The position numbers and the translations under genes are program-made. From positions 768,001 through 832,000 of the forward strand of contig CAVUMN010000003.1 in the NCBI GenBank assembly GCA_963742735.1: a stretch of DNA of 64,000 nucleotides, written 5' to 3'. Of this stretch, positions 63,608 through 64,000 are shown piece by piece. The DNA is from an uncultured Actinomycetes bacterium (GTDB lineage Bacteria; Actinomycetota; UBA4738; JBBDTT01). Each line of letters begins with the position of its first letter. Position 1 is the first letter of the stretch. The notes below the pieces were generated by a model. The model did not search any database, was not told the DNA's origin, and saw only the letters and a program-made list of their open reading frames with translations.

Positions 63608-64000
63608 GCCGGCCGGTCGTGATCGCCATCGACGGCCCGGCGGGGTCGGGCAAGAGCACCCTCGGTCGCGGCCTGGCCGTCGCCCTGGCGCTGCCGTACG
63701 TGAACACCGGCCTGATGTACCGGGCGCTCACCTCGCGGGCCCTCGACCGGTCGGTCGACACCGACGACGCCCTGGCGCTGGCCTCGCTCGCGGCCGAGCT
63801 CACGTTCTCGCTCGGCGACGGCGTGCCGTCCGAGCTACGGATCGACGGCGCCGAGCCCGGGCCCGAGCTGGTCCGCCCCGAGGTCGAGGCGGCGGTGTCG
63901 CGCGTCGCGCGGCATCCGGAGGTGCGGGCCATCCTGGCGGACGAGCAGCGGCGCCTGGGGGGCGGCGGCGCGGTCATGGAGGGCCGCGACATCGGGACGG
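63604..64000 (+). CDS. cmk: Cytidylate kinase (3'-partial)
   Basis: IAIDGPAGSGKST, TGLMYRA, MEGRDIGT; runs off the window. Confidence 0.95.
   Translation, partial: MSRPVVIAIDGPAGSGKSTLGRGLAVALALPYVNTGLMYRALTSRALDRSVDTDDALALASLAAELTFSLGDGVPSELRIDGAEPGPELVRPEVEAAVSRVARHPEVRAILADEQRRLGGGGAVMEGRDIGT

Overview
High-GC Actinomycetota chromosome segment, probably from a deep-branching lineage (inferred from the 23S domain III insertion and gene order). It is mostly core genome: ribH, infC-rpmI-rplT, pheST, argF, polX-mpg, a class A PBP, tyrS, a complete 16S-23S-5S operon, then the conserved tlyA-ppnK-recN-steA-steB-pyrG-nudix-ald-xerD-deoB-pdp-scpAB-rluB-aroH-tyrA-aroA-cmk backbone. Accessory inserts are an ECF sigma/anti-sigma pair, a Liv-type ABC cluster with duplicated binding proteins, a REC-HisKA/REC-GGDEF pair and a class II UvrA. 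The standout element is an 807-nt group I intron (22241-23047) inserted after U2500 in the 23S peptidyl-transferase centre, carrying a two-motif LAGLIDADG homing endonuclease ORF whose start and stop codons lie inside ribozyme core elements. Other notable signals: a TrmH-histidine kinase fusion at the Streptomyces ohkA position; a TyrRS with both class I signatures altered (TLGW, KMSQS); two sigma28/WhiG-like promoters in front of a c-di-GMP module inserted between steA and steB; non-canonical starts in the infC operon; and many leaderless-type promoters. All calls come from reading the sequence by eye; no searches were run.
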